Below are positions 43,098-53,177 of a stretch of 64,000 nt of DNA, piece after piece (the stretch's first letter is position 1; every line of letters begins with the position of its first letter). The notes under the pieces were generated by a model. It was not told the DNA's origin. It saw only the letters and a program-made list of their open reading frames with translations, and did not search any database. The position numbers were made by a program, and so were the translations under genes. The stretch covers positions 64,001-128,000 of the forward strand of contig CAWFQB010000004.1 of assembly GCA_963817895.1 (NCBI GenBank), given 5' to 3'. The stretch comes from an uncultured Chthonomonadaceae bacterium (GTDB lineage Bacteria; Armatimonadota; Chthonomonadetes; Chthonomonadales; Chthonomonadaceae).

Positions 43098-44349
43098 TCA
43101 GGGGTAAAGCACATTCTGCTTCGTGTTGGCTCTATGGCAATGGTCGAAACCCTCTTTATTACGGCAGTTGGGATTGCTCCTCATTTCCTGCTCAAAGAGG
43201 GCTTCCATCTCCGCCGAACTCATCGTCTCTGGGTTTAGAACATGGTAGTGCTTGCTGTACGCCAAGAGCAGGGCGGCTGTCTCGTAGTTGCGGCAGCCGA
43301 TAGCCACATGGATCGGTGTGATCCCCGAAACATCCGGCGCATCGGGATCAGCCCCCGCTTCCAAAAGCAGGCGAGTAATGTTTATCGTGCGCTGCATCCT
43401 AGCAACGGCATCGGTATAGCGCTTTTCTAAAACAGCACCAGGGCGCGGTTTCAGAACAAAACTGCTGACGTGCTGCATCGCTATTCGGTATAAGGCCGTT
43501 ACGCCTCGGCAGTTCGCGGCTTGAACATCGGCTCCATGAGAAAGAAGAAGGCGCACCATTTCTTCCTTGTTGTACTGGGCCGCAAGGTTCAAGGCAGTTT
43601 CGCCGAGAGCATTGCGCGCGTTGACATTGGCGTTGCATTCCAGCAACACCCTCACCAGCACTGTCCCATCATAAACGATGGCGTTGTGTAGGCAGGTGTC
43701 ACCGGTCTCATCGTCTTGTCTGTTGACATCTGCCCCGGCTTCGATTAAGGCGCGAGCAATGTTGGGGTACCATCGTATCTGATCTGGGACGTGCATCAGG
43801 TAAGCCTGCTCAGGATCGGCTCCGCACTCACACAGCGCACGGATGGACGCTTCTTCTCCACGATCAAGAGCCAGATCGAAGGGCGTCATATCTTTGTAGC
43901 ACACCTTATCGAGACGGTCAGGGTGGCGGGAGAATATCAGGCGGATCGAGATCAGCATCGCCGCGTATGATGGCACAGCGCACCGCCGACATCCCCGACT
44001 TGGGCGTGGCAAACACATCTGCGCCATGTTCAATGAGAAGGCGAACAACCTGATGTATTTGCGAAGTGTCGCCCGTGAGGTGCATCGCTAGGTCGAATGC
44101 TGTATTATAGGCGCTCCTTCGGAGTTGTTGGCTGGCTCCGCGCGCCAGCAGGAAACCCACCATCTTGGGATTAACCTGCTCGATTGCTTTGTGCAGCAGC
44201 GTGTAGTTGGAGGGATCGTGTTTATCGATCAGTTCCGGGCTGTCATCTAACAGTACCGTGAGACTGTCATAATCGTGCGCTTCGAGAGCGTGGAATAACT
44301 CCCGTTTCTGCTCTGCCAATATGTTTCTGTTCTTCTGAATAGTGGTCAT
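43098..44349 (-). CDS. Ankyrin repeat protein (frameshift near 43945)
   Basis: YTLLHKAI, GDTCLHNA, GETALNLAA and GITPIHVA across two frames. Confidence 0.85.
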
Positions 44350-44811
44350 TTCTTTAGTCTCCAATCAGGAAGTGCCAGGGGCACGCCCGCCAGTACAGTA
44401 TAGATGTCCACCTAAATAGTCATTTCCTACATGCCCTCAACGTCACGACGATGAGTTGGCGGGCGGGTTGCCTGCAGGGGCAGAGTGCCTTTGGAGTATG
44501 TCTCGTTGGAGGACACACTTTGAACATGCCAAAGGCACTTTGCTGGTGGTTACTTTTCACGGCAACGAGGCAGAAGAAAATTTGCTTCTGCCTCGTCGCC
44601 GCGCTTACGGAAAATTGTGCGTGAGGTTTCCATATCAACTTGCCACGTAAGTCACCAACCCAATCCACCGCAACTGCCGTACCTTCCGCCTACGCTCACG
44701 TTCGACCTTATCGGCGAGGCAATAGCGCGTCGGATTCATCACACCTGTTTCATCTCTCAGTCCATCCAGCAGGCAATTGATACGCTTCATTTTGTTTTCC
44801 TTTCTCTGGTA

Positions 44812-45603
44812 TTAGCCCAGAAGATAGTCCTGATAGTTGACAGTGTGCGAGTCTAGGGCGGCTCCGGCCTGCACTAAAACATGCGCCGTGTCTGATGTGC
44901 CATACCGCAGCGCATAGTAGAGCGCGTTCTTGCCATTCTTGTCGCAGGCGTGGACATCGGCATGGCGCGCGAGCAGACAAGACACGAGTTCGGAGTTGCC
45001 TCGCGACGCGGCATACATCAGCGCAGTGCAGCCTCTCTCATCGCGCGCTTCGATGTCGCTTCCTCCATCGAGTAATGCTTGCACGACCGCCTCCTTGTTG
45101 CACCATGCCGCGTACTGCAAGGCCGTAAGTCCAAGTTCATTTCGCGCCTCCAGATCGCGGGCCGCCGCCACAACCAGGCGATTGATGCGAGGCGAGAACC
45201 CCATTAGCGAGTGCAATTCAGTGTTTCCGTCCGCCTGTTTTGCGCTTGGATCAATTCCCAATTGGCATAGGGCTTCCACCACCTCCACCCTGTCGCATAT
45301 TTCTGCCAGTCGGAGAACCGTCATCGACTTATGCACAGGATGGTAAATGTCCACGCCCTGTTCGATCAAACAGCGCACTTGATCCACGTTGCCAGTCAGT
45401 ACCGCGTTGCCCATCCTTGTGTAGCCCCCGTCTCCAATAGCGTTCAAGTTACCGTTGTCGGGAGTCCAGCCTCGTTGGGTTGCTTGGCTCTGCGGAGGTA
45501 AGCCGCTCTCGCCAGCGCTGTGTTGCCGCTCCTCTGCAATTGGATGTTGCTGTCGAGGCGCGTGTGTTGTTTCTGTTTCGTAGCCATTTTGTATCTCCTT
45601 CAT
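44812..45603 (-). CDS. Ankyrin repeat protein
   Basis: GNTELH, GLTALQYAA, GCTALMYAA and GKNALYYA. Confidence 0.9.
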   Translation of the reverse strand: MKEIQNGYETETTHAPRQQHPIAEERQHSAGESGLPPQSQATQRGWTPDNGNLNAIGDGGYTRMGNAVLTGNVDQVRCLIEQGVDIYHPVHKSMTVLRLAEICDRVEVVEALCQLGIDPSAKQADGNTELHSLMGFSPRINRLVVAAARDLEARNELGLTALQYAAWCNKEAVVQALLDGGSDIEARDERGCTALMYAASRGNSELVSCLLARHADVHACDKNGKNALYYALRYGTSDTAHVLVQAGAALDSHTVNYQDYLLG

Positions 45604-45740
45604 TGTGTGGGCTCGCCTTGTAGTGCGATAGTGGCGATAAGAGCGTAGTACAACCGAGTTGAGAATTGGCAGCATCCTTGCTTGAATGAAACGTGTAGAG
45701 CCGCCGCAGGGCTAACCGCACATCAGCCCTTGCAGCGGGC

Positions 45741-45996
45741 GTGGGAGGGCGGGCAATCCCGCACAGAAACACCCGCAATTATTTCCCACAAACTACATAG
45801 GCAACCCCAAAATCGATATTTCTGAATCCGTGCCATTTTTAGCCCCTTTCAGGTGTCCGCTGAAAAAAGTTTTTCAGCGGACACCTGAACCATGACAAAC
45901 CCCGGCGAAAAATCTTCGTCGGGGTTTGTCATACGCCAGTTTATATGGGTGTGCAGAGGATAGAACCTATAGTGTTAGCAGTCGAGTTTCTGACGC
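45741..45996. repeat. Structured intergenic direct repeat, copy 1
   Basis: Aligns with 47153-47410; core 45870-45943 equals 47286-47359 with one mismatch; hairpins at 45848-45889 and 45892-45932. Confidence 0.9.
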
Positions 45997-47113
45997 TCAA
46001 TTCTCATCACACAGCATGATCGTGGTGGTGCTCCTATCGGCCTCGGTGATGATGTATACCTGCTTCTCGCCAACATGATGCACCGACAGGAGCCGCCCTT
46101 CTTCCATCAGCGCCCGCTCGTTCCGCTGCCAATCTTCCTGGCTCACGTCTCCCCATTCTCCTCGATGATGCCTTTCGAGCAGGGATTGGGGCGTCAATTC
46201 CGGTTTCGTCAAGCATCGCCACGACTGCACCTGTCGCCTCGGTATGCCCCAGTACAAACATGCCCGCCAATGCTTCCTGCTGTCGTCTTTCCAGTGCCTC
46301 CCAGTCTTCACGCCACACCTTGTCATCCCAGTCATAGGTAATCACCTTTTCCGCCCATTCTGCCAAATCCTGGGTCGAACAACCGCGATGACGGAAAACC
46401 TCAAAATCGGGATTAACCGCATCGTAGACACATTGAGGCTGGTAGGGAGCGTAAACGCAACAAATACCCTCTCCTGAGATTGATCTGTGGACTTCCAGAA
46501 CGATGCGATACTCGTGATGGTCACGCCGTACAATCATGCCTGCTTTAATGTCGGCGGACGTGAGGGGTTGAGCAGGTGTGATGCCTAGTTCCATGATTTC
46601 GTCATCATCCAGATAGAAGATGTGTGACATTTCTGCTGTGCGCTGGGTAGGTGACATGCGCCTGATGCGTTCGCGCCTCGCGCCAGAGTGCAGGCGCAGT
46701 AGGCTGAGTTCGTATGCCGTGAATTGGTAACTGGCGCGTCTGGTACGTTTAGCCGTTGGAAACCGCGCCAACTTGGGAAGATCAGGGAGATACCCTGTCT
46801 TGGAGCCAGCAAGAACGTGTTCGTCTTCCAAGCCCAGCAATTCCCAACCAACGCGATGTATGTCATTTTGCTCAGGACTGGTTTCTATCCACAGGCGCAT
46901 CCGAAGGACACCATACTCTGTGCGCGCTTGGTCAGCGTAGGCCACGTCGAGTTGGCACGGCGCTTCTCCCTTTGCGAGCAAATCTGCGTCGGGCGTGTAG
47001 GCATAACCTTCAATGACGCCCTTCTTATCTGCCCCCAACGTAAAATCAAGCAACGCACTCGTGTGCTTGCTCAACTGGCAAAGGCGCGCGAGTTGTTCCG
47101 GCATTCCGTTCAT
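45997..47113 (-). CDS. Hypothetical protein with C-terminal 'plasmid-related protein' domain (frameshift near 46195)
   Basis: C-terminal FVLGHTEATGAV..LLERHHRGEWGDV..RLLSVH..YIITEADRSTTTIML is paralogous to 47411-47680. Confidence 0.75.
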
Positions 47114-47152
47114 TGGTTTATCTCCTTTATGCGGTAAAGAAATGGGTTGGTA

Positions 47153-47410
47153 GTGTGGGCGGGCAGGCGATCCCGCACAGAAGCGCCCGCCGCATTATTT
47201 CCCACAATATATCTAGTCAAGGCGACATTTGATATTTCTGAATCCGAGCCGCTTTTGGCCCCATTCTGGGTTCCTCCGAAAAAACTTTTTCAGCGGACAC
47301 CGGAACCATGACAAACCCCGGCGAAAAATCTTCGTCGGGGTTTGTCATACGCCAGTTTAATGAACTCGCGGAAGATAGAACCTACAGGTTAGCAGTCGGG
47401 TTTCTGACGC
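47153..47410. repeat. Structured intergenic direct repeat, copy 2
   Basis: See copy 1; identical ATGACAAACCCCG..CGGGGTTTGTCAT hairpin at 47308-47348. Confidence 0.9.
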
Positions 47411-47680
47411 TCAATACTCGTCTGCCAGCATGATTGTTGTCGCACTCCGGTCGGCTTCGGTGATAACGTACACCTTCTGCTCTCCCACCTTGTACACCGA
47501 AAACAGCCGATCCCCTTCCACTAGCGCCCTCTCATTTGCTTGCCAGTCGTCCTCGTCAACATTGCCCCAAAAGCCCATGTGATGCCTCTCAAACAGGGAT
47601 TGGGCTGTCACACCAGCCTCCTCAAGCATAGCCATAACCCCTGGAGTGCCCGATGTTCTCCCCATCTCGAACAAGCCCAT
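47411..47680 (-). CDS. Small conserved mobile-element ('plasmid-related') protein
   Basis: F..GR..TPG..RH..G.WG.V..ED..N..AL..G.RLFSVY..YVITEADRS.TTIMLADEY; RBS AGGAGA. Confidence 0.8.
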   Translation of the reverse strand: MGLFEMGRTSGTPGVMAMLEEAGVTAQSLFERHHMGFWGNVDEDDWQANERALVEGDRLFSVYKVGEQKVYVITEADRSATTIMLADEY

Positions 47681-47847
47681 TTTCTCTCCTTTCAAAACAT
47701 CCGGGACACTTAACTGCTTGTTTGCGCTGGACTCTTGTTCTATCGAAAATACGGGCGCAAGCCAGTTCCCGTGAGTAACGCAGGAGCCGAAATATCTGTT
47801 CGGCTCCTGCGACCAAGATTAAACGGGCCAAATGCCAAGCCAATGAA

Positions 47848-49147
47848 TTAGGCTGATGCAGATACTTGGGTCATCTTATCCTGCGCGTAGTTAAATCGCA
47901 CGATAGAAAGATATTCTATGAGATTATAACCCTGCTGCCGTTCCAAATAATGCCAGTAATCCTTCCTCTCCTTGCGAATACAATCTGACAAGTAATCCCA
48001 TCCTCGTTGGGCGAGTTGGCGCAGTTCGTGGCGGCTGCTCCTGGCTGTGAGCAAGACACTGGCTTGTCTATTGAAGGATTTCACAGCCACCTCAATCGGC
48101 GTGATGCCAACATGGTTGGAAACATCAGGATCGGCACCGGCGTCCAGCAGCATAGTCAAAACGTCTACACTCCCGTTCATGGCGGCGCGATGCAGGGCTG
48201 TATTGCCATTCTCATCGCTGACATGAACATTCGCCCTTCTTTCGAGGAGCAGGCGCACGGGCGTGTTGTGACCGACACGCGCAGCAAACATGAGTGGAGT
48301 GTCGCAAGGAGTGCCTTGTGCCTCGATGTCGGCCCCCGCATCCAGCAAGAAGGCGACGTACTTTCCATCCGCCTGGAGAGTGGCAATATGTAGGGGCATA
48401 AAATAGGCGTGCGAATAGGAGTTCAATCGCGGCTCCGGCATCAAGCAACAAACGAGCCACGTCCAGACTACCATCTTTTTCGACGACCATGTGCAGTGGC
48501 GTCTCACCGTTCGCGTCTGTGGCATTCACATTTGCGCCGGATTCTAGCAGGACGCGCACAAGGTCTAAAGGCGTATCCTTTTGGATGTAATGTAAGGCAG
48601 TTATGTCATGTTCGCCCCGGATGTCAGGGTCAGCGCCACATTCCTGGCACAGCACACGCACGGTTTCGGTGTGCCCGCACTTGACAGCGAGATGGAGAGG
48701 GTATTGGTTGTTGCAGGAGGTACAGTTTACCTGATCAGGGTTGTTGGTAAAGATGGTGCGCACCAGAGCGGCGTCGTTCTGTTGTATGGCAAGACAGGCA
48801 AGGCATCCAAACTGTCTTGCAGGCAAAAAGGCGTTCGCTCCATGTGCGGCGATTAGACGCAGCAATTGCTGTCCATGCGCATTTTTGCTGGGTACATCCC
48901 ATGCTATGTTGATGGCAGTATATCCACTCGCATTGGGGATGTCGGCGCGCGCACCATGCTCAAGCAGCAAGGCGACCAGATCAGCCTCGCCCCACCATAC
49001 CGCGCGGTGCAAGAGTGTGCGCCCGCCTGCGTCTACCGCGTCTACAAGGGTGGGTGTTTCAGTGAGCATGGCCTGGATAACGTCCATTTGCCGGTAGTGA
49101 AACGCTTGGTGAATGTCTCGTACCTGTCGTGTGATTGAAGCCATCAT
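47848..49147 (-). CDS. Ankyrin repeat protein (frameshift near 48420)
   Basis: GRTLLHRA, YPLHLA, GETPLH, DTPLMFAA and GNTALHRAA. Confidence 0.87.
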
Positions 49148-49190
49148 TTTATCCTTTGTTGTCTAGCGATAGTAGCAATGCAGTTGTCAA

Positions 49191-50000
49191 TCAGTTTTCG
49201 TCGTCAAAGCCCAAATCTTCGATGTTTTGTGCTACTTGGATTGGACAGCGCCCAGTCAATTTGAGATTGCAATATAAACATGCCTCGCAAGCGGTGGCAA
49301 CGATTTCATCGTGGTCTTGCGCATCTTGAAATGCCGCCGCCAGCGCGCCCACTTCGAGGTTGATCCCTTTCAAATCTGCTCCTCGCCAGGTTGTTACTTG
49401 CACTTCATCGCTGGTGACGGAGTGGATTTCCAGCCGATAGCGTTTGTACCCTTCGTGTTTGTAGCGAAACTTCGCCACGGCTAAATCCATCCATGCCTGG
49501 TGAATGTGCAGCGGCTTGTCCCCACACGCCAGATCAACGACAACGAGAGTTTCACCATCCTCGTCCACCTCAACTCGGTCAAGGCGGGCAGAAACTTGGG
49601 CAACATGACGACCCTGGTAATGTAGTGGGAAGTCTGCGCTTTGCTCCACTGCCAACACTTGTCGTCCAGGCTCATGGAAATCTAAATAGGTAGTTACTAG
49701 GCTCGAAATCCAGCCACTCGCCATCTGTTTAGCAATCTCGTCAGGATAAGCCTCTGATGCAACTGCGCGCCGCAAAGCCACTTCGAGGCGGTCAGTATGT
49801 GGTGGGTTCAATCCATATTTGGGATCAAACAACTCGCGGAATACTGCGTGAGCGGCACGACCATTCAGCAAAAATGTGGACTGCGTGCGTTGTTTAGGCC
49901 AGCGTCTCAAAATGCGAAGTTCTCGATATTTGAATCCACATCCGAGATCACGGATACTGGTTGGGGATATTGGTATAGGGTCGGTCACAATGTCCTCCAT
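49191..50000 (-). CDS. Cas4/AddB-like PD-(D/E)XK nuclease-fold protein, possibly inactive
   Basis: SPTSI..C..Y, G.AAH, ARLDRV, VVDLACG and C-terminal CLYC..CP (Fe-S staple pattern). Confidence 0.8.
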   Translation of the reverse strand: MEDIVTDPIPISPTSIRDLGCGFKYRELRILRRWPKQRTQSTFLLNGRAAHAVFRELFDPKYGLNPPHTDRLEVALRRAVASEAYPDEIAKQMASGWISSLVTTYLDFHEPGRQVLAVEQSADFPLHYQGRHVAQVSARLDRVEVDEDGETLVVVDLACGDKPLHIHQAWMDLAVAKFRYKHEGYKRYRLEIHSVTSDEVQVTTWRGADLKGINLEVGALAAAFQDAQDHDEIVATACEACLYCNLKLTGRCPIQVAQNIEDLGFDDEN

Positions 50001-50027
50001 AGGTTAAAACGTTGCATGTAGTTACTG

Positions 50028-50113
50028 TGTCGCTACAATTATAGCGCATCTGTCGCTACGTGTCAAGGGGTTTGACAAAATAGCGGTTTCGTCGCTACGT
50101 TGAAGGGTATAAT
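50028..50113. promoter_or_regulatory. Divergent promoters with three GTCGCTAC operator boxes
   Basis: Minus-strand TTGACA(50066)-N17-TATAAT(50043); plus-strand TATAAT at 50108; boxes at about 50029, 50052 and 50091. Confidence 0.8.
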
Positions 50114-50130
50114 GTTGATGGAGGAGATTT

Positions 50131-50322
50131 ATGACAGACCAAAAGAAACCTAGTAGAGAAACGCTACCTACGAGCGTTAGGCTGTCACCTACTGCAATGC
50201 GGCTATGGCAACAATTAGCCAAAGAGATGCACCTTAGTAAAACGGGCGTATTGGAAAGTGCGATTCGAGAACTCGCTCGGCGCGAAGGGGTTAAAGACAC
50301 AGAGGTGGATACAGGGTTGTAA
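50131..50322 (+). CDS. Ribbon-helix-helix regulator
   Basis: PTSVRLSPTAMRLWQQLAKEMHLSKTGVLESAIRELA; RBS GGAGGAG. Confidence 0.85.
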   Translation: MTDQKKPSRETLPTSVRLSPTAMRLWQQLAKEMHLSKTGVLESAIRELARREGVKDTEVDTGL

Positions 50323-50329
50323 CATGGCA

Positions 50330-50891
50330 CCGCTGACATAACGTATTGATATAGTTATATTTGCACCTTCAAGATGGTGTAGGTGCGACTTCGTAGGAAA
50401 GGGCGCGTAACTTCCATAACAGCGGTGCAGCGCCATTGATTAAGTCAACCGGAGCCACTGAATAGCAACACGCGCCTTGCACAGTCCCAGTATAGAATTT
50501 CCCAATCTATGCGAGGGGTAGTGTGGCCCAAGTATTACGCCAGCGAGCGGGCATTTCAATATCAAAATTAGTGTACTGCATCAAGTTTTTGTTGGCTAAA
50601 ACGATACGCTGGCGAAGTTGCGAGGAAGTGTTGGAGGGCGGCTGAACGCTGAGTTCTACCGATTGTGCTTGCAGGAAGGAAGATGGTGAGGTGTTCGCGA
50701 TGAGGAAGCGGGCCAGGGAGTTGTGGATCGTACAAGCGTTTGAAAACTTCGTGGCAGGCAGTCCAGAAGGACAGTATGCTGCTGCATTGAGATTTAACAG
50801 CATGATACTGGCGCTTGACGGCGAGGCGGTCGAAGCGCTTGGTGCATTGGGATAGCCAGAGGGCGTTGCTGGGCGTCAGAGTCAAGGTCAT
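50330..50891 (-). pseudogene. Degraded paralog of the PD-(D/E)XK gene
   Basis: LTPSNA..QCTKRF..ACHEVFKRLYDPQLPGPLPHREHL aligns with ISPTSI..GCGFKY..AAHAVFRELFDPKYGLNPPHTDRL; the frame then breaks. Confidence 0.65.
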
Positions 50892-51063
50892 AACCTTCTC
50901 CTTTGGTTGCCCTGCAAACGCGGTGTGCGGCACGCGATGCAGGTGGTGTATAGTTATTATGGCACAGCCCAAATTTGGCTGTCAAGAAGGAGATTATGGT
51001 ATCATCAGGTATCACAGAAACACAGTCGTCATATTCCCGAAATTCCCCATACTCGGAGGCAAA

Positions 51064-51255
51064 ATGGCAGCAGAAGAACGATACGCAATGACGATGCGAC
51101 TTCCAATATCCCTGGCAAACGAAATCAAAAAAATCGCAGCGGAAGACAGACGCAAAATAACAGCAACAATAGAAATGGCGTTGGAAGACTTTGTACGCCA
51201 GCGCACAGAGGCAAATGAACGCACAACGAAGCAAAAGGAACCAGAGGAGGCTTGA
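51064..51255 (+). CDS. Ribbon-helix-helix / Arc-like regulator
   Basis: YAMTMRLPISLANEIKKIAAEDRRKITATIEMALEDFV; RBS GGAGG. Confidence 0.82.
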   Translation: MAAEERYAMTMRLPISLANEIKKIAAEDRRKITATIEMALEDFVRQRTEANERTTKQKEPEEA

Positions 51256-51305
51256 CATTGTTGGTTTGTTTTGGTATCATGTGGTATCAAATTGAACAAA
51301 CGTTC
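51252..51305 (+). promoter_or_regulatory. Sigma70 promoter with a LexA-type box
   Basis: TTGACA-N17-TATCAT, then GAAC-AAAC-GTTC at 51294-51305. Confidence 0.7.
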
Positions 51306-51330
51306 TTTCGAGCGTTTTGAAGGTACTACC

Positions 51331-51870
51331 ATGACCACACAAACTGATGAAAAAGAGTATTCAATCAACCACGACGCAGACGCTCTCACCATCACCATCA
51401 CTGCGACAAACGCAAGGGTGTATTCGATACTGCTGGATGAGGTGCAGAGATCAGCAAGTCGCCTTGATGACACAGCCAGAAACGAGATGGAAGATCGCAA
51501 AAGGCAACAAACATTATCAACAAAAAACGCGATTTCCGATTCGATTTACGATTTCTTTGAGCGTGACGACATTATGCTCAAAGTGTGGCTCAAAAACGGC
51601 GACAAACGTATCTATCTGAACAACAACAACGAACAGTTTCAGGTGACGTATTATCATACAGGTAATCGCTGGCATTGCCCATCTGAAGTCGCGTTTGCCA
51701 ACGCGCCTGCGTACGCAGTCAACAACAAAGAGGCATTGGTCAAATTGTTTGAAACAATTTGCAAACAGTACAACGCATTTAACTTGCTGTGTGACTATGC
51801 GACTGATGAAACCCGCGCAAATGTTAAAGCGCGTATAGCAGAGCGCCAGGCGAAGCCAAAATCTGTTTGA
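51331..51870 (+). CDS. Hypothetical protein
   Basis: ORF bounded by a promoter and a terminator; contains KVWLKNGDKRIYLN. Confidence 0.75.
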   Translation: MTTQTDEKEYSINHDADALTITITATNARVYSILLDEVQRSASRLDDTARNEMEDRKRQQTLSTKNAISDSIYDFFERDDIMLKVWLKNGDKRIYLNNNNEQFQVTYYHTGNRWHCPSEVAFANAPAYAVNNKEALVKLFETICKQYNAFNLLCDYATDETRANVKARIAERQAKPKSV

Positions 51871-51879
51871 TGGCTGCTT

Positions 51880-51924
51880 AAAAGGGCAAGTCGCAGACTA
51901 GCACTTTCTGCGACTTGCCCTTTT
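51880..51924. terminator. Bidirectional intrinsic terminator
   Basis: AAAAGGGCAAGTCGCAGA-loop-TCTGCGACTTGCCCTTTT between convergent genes. Confidence 0.85.
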
Positions 51925-51996
51925 ATTTTCCCTCGCCTATAAACCCAAATGGAGTGTAGATATGCCTGCTAACATTATCAGAGAGTGATTGAGTGG

Positions 51997-52398
51997 CTAA
52001 CAAGTGTTTTTGAGCACGGTGAGCAGTGACTTATCGCGCTCAAATTCGTCTTTCGTGCTATACGTCGCAGACACTTTCTGCTGCTTGCCATGCACGTTCA
52101 GTGTCCGCTGAATTCGACCAAACGCCGTAACGACTAATTTTTCGTGTCGCGCGATTTCGGCATCAGTTGTGTAATATGCGTATGCAAAGATAAAATCTTT
52201 GAAGTTGATGCGTTGCGTATCTTGGCTCTCGTCGCGTGTCCATGCCGTCAACTTTGAATCGTCGAAAGGCGTAGTTCGCGCCAGCATGTCGTTTTTGTAC
52301 TCTGTCATCCAAGTGTAAAAGCGAACTGGCTCAAACTCCTCAATTTCGAGGCGACTCACGCCAGTCGCATTTGCAATTATGCTATCCGTCTCCATCAT
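51997..52398 (-). CDS. Hypothetical protein
   Basis: ATGA-coupled to the upstream gene. Confidence 0.65.
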   Translation of the reverse strand: MMETDSIIANATGVSRLEIEEFEPVRFYTWMTEYKNDMLARTTPFDDSKLTAWTRDESQDTQRINFKDFIFAYAYYTTDAEIARHEKLVVTAFGRIQRTLNVHGKQQKVSATYSTKDEFERDKSLLTVLKNTC

Positions 52399-53153
52399 TT
52401 TCTCCCTTTTCCTTGCGCCCGTCGTTGTTCGGCTGCCGCGCGGCGCGCGGCAAGCCATTCCTGAATATGCTGGTGAGATACGTGCCCGGTTGTCAAGGCT
52501 GGTATGTGCTTGTTCACTCCCGACTCCGACAGGCCCATCAGCCGGGCGGCCTCGGCTTTGGGTACAGCGCGATCCGGGGTTTGGACGCTTGCGGCCTGCG
52601 CTTCGAGGGCAGTGGCGATGCGTTCCACCAGGGGCATTAGGGCCCTGGTGGTGTTTTCGCCAGATTGCCGAATTGCCGCGCCCACGACCTCCGCTATCAG
52701 TGAAAGTGCGGACGTTGAACTTTCGACCCCCAAGTCGAAAGGTGAACTTCCGGTCGTTTTGGTAAGGGCGGCGGACTTGGGCGCAATATCGAGTGTCCGC
52801 AGGTATTCGTCGGCATTGGCAGCGCTCACCAGGGGGTTGGTGACGAGGTAGTGCATTTTGTCAACGGCGCTCTCCGGGTAACGAAAGCCTTTGCCACCAG
52901 CCCGTTGCGCGTAAAGAAGTTCGCGTACGGACTCATGGGCGACGAGGCGCTTGATTTTGGCGAGAACGGCGGCGTGCTTGTTTTCGTCCGTCTCGATGCG
53001 CCGGGCGATCTCTACCAGCGTCAGCAGTCCATCCGGGGCATCGTCGTTGTTGAGCGAAAGTGCGAGAGTTGAACTTTCGTCCTGGTGGTTGAAAAATGAA
53101 CTTTCGGTTTTTCCGTTTTGCCCATTTTGTGCGGGCATTGTCGTAGATGTCAT
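52395..53153 (-). CDS. Putative DNA-binding protein with two HTH-like segments (excisionase-like)
   Basis: LLTLVEIARRI..FRYPESAV and KAEAARLMGLSESGVNKHI. Confidence 0.6.
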   Translation of the reverse strand: MTSTTMPAQNGQNGKTESSFFNHQDESSTLALSLNNDDAPDGLLTLVEIARRIETDENKHAAVLAKIKRLVAHESVRELLYAQRAGGKGFRYPESAVDKMHYLVTNPLVSAANADEYLRTLDIAPKSAALTKTTGSSPFDLGVESSTSALSLIAEVVGAAIRQSGENTTRALMPLVERIATALEAQAASVQTPDRAVPKAEAARLMGLSESGVNKHIPALTTGHVSHQHIQEWLAARRAAAEQRRAQGKGRK

Positions 53154-53177
53154 CGTGTTAATCTCTCTTCTAGGCCA

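Noticed and set aside
45710..47410. Integron attC cassette array
   Set aside because: GCTAAC..GTTAGC-like boxes are about 270 bp apart in copy 1 and unpaired in copy 2, and the integrase shows no recognisable IntI-specific insertion.
49191..50000. CRISPR-Cas locus suggested by the Cas4-like gene
   Set aside because: No cas1/cas2 and no repeat-spacer array seen in the window; the 54-kb repeats are intragenic iterons without unique spacers.
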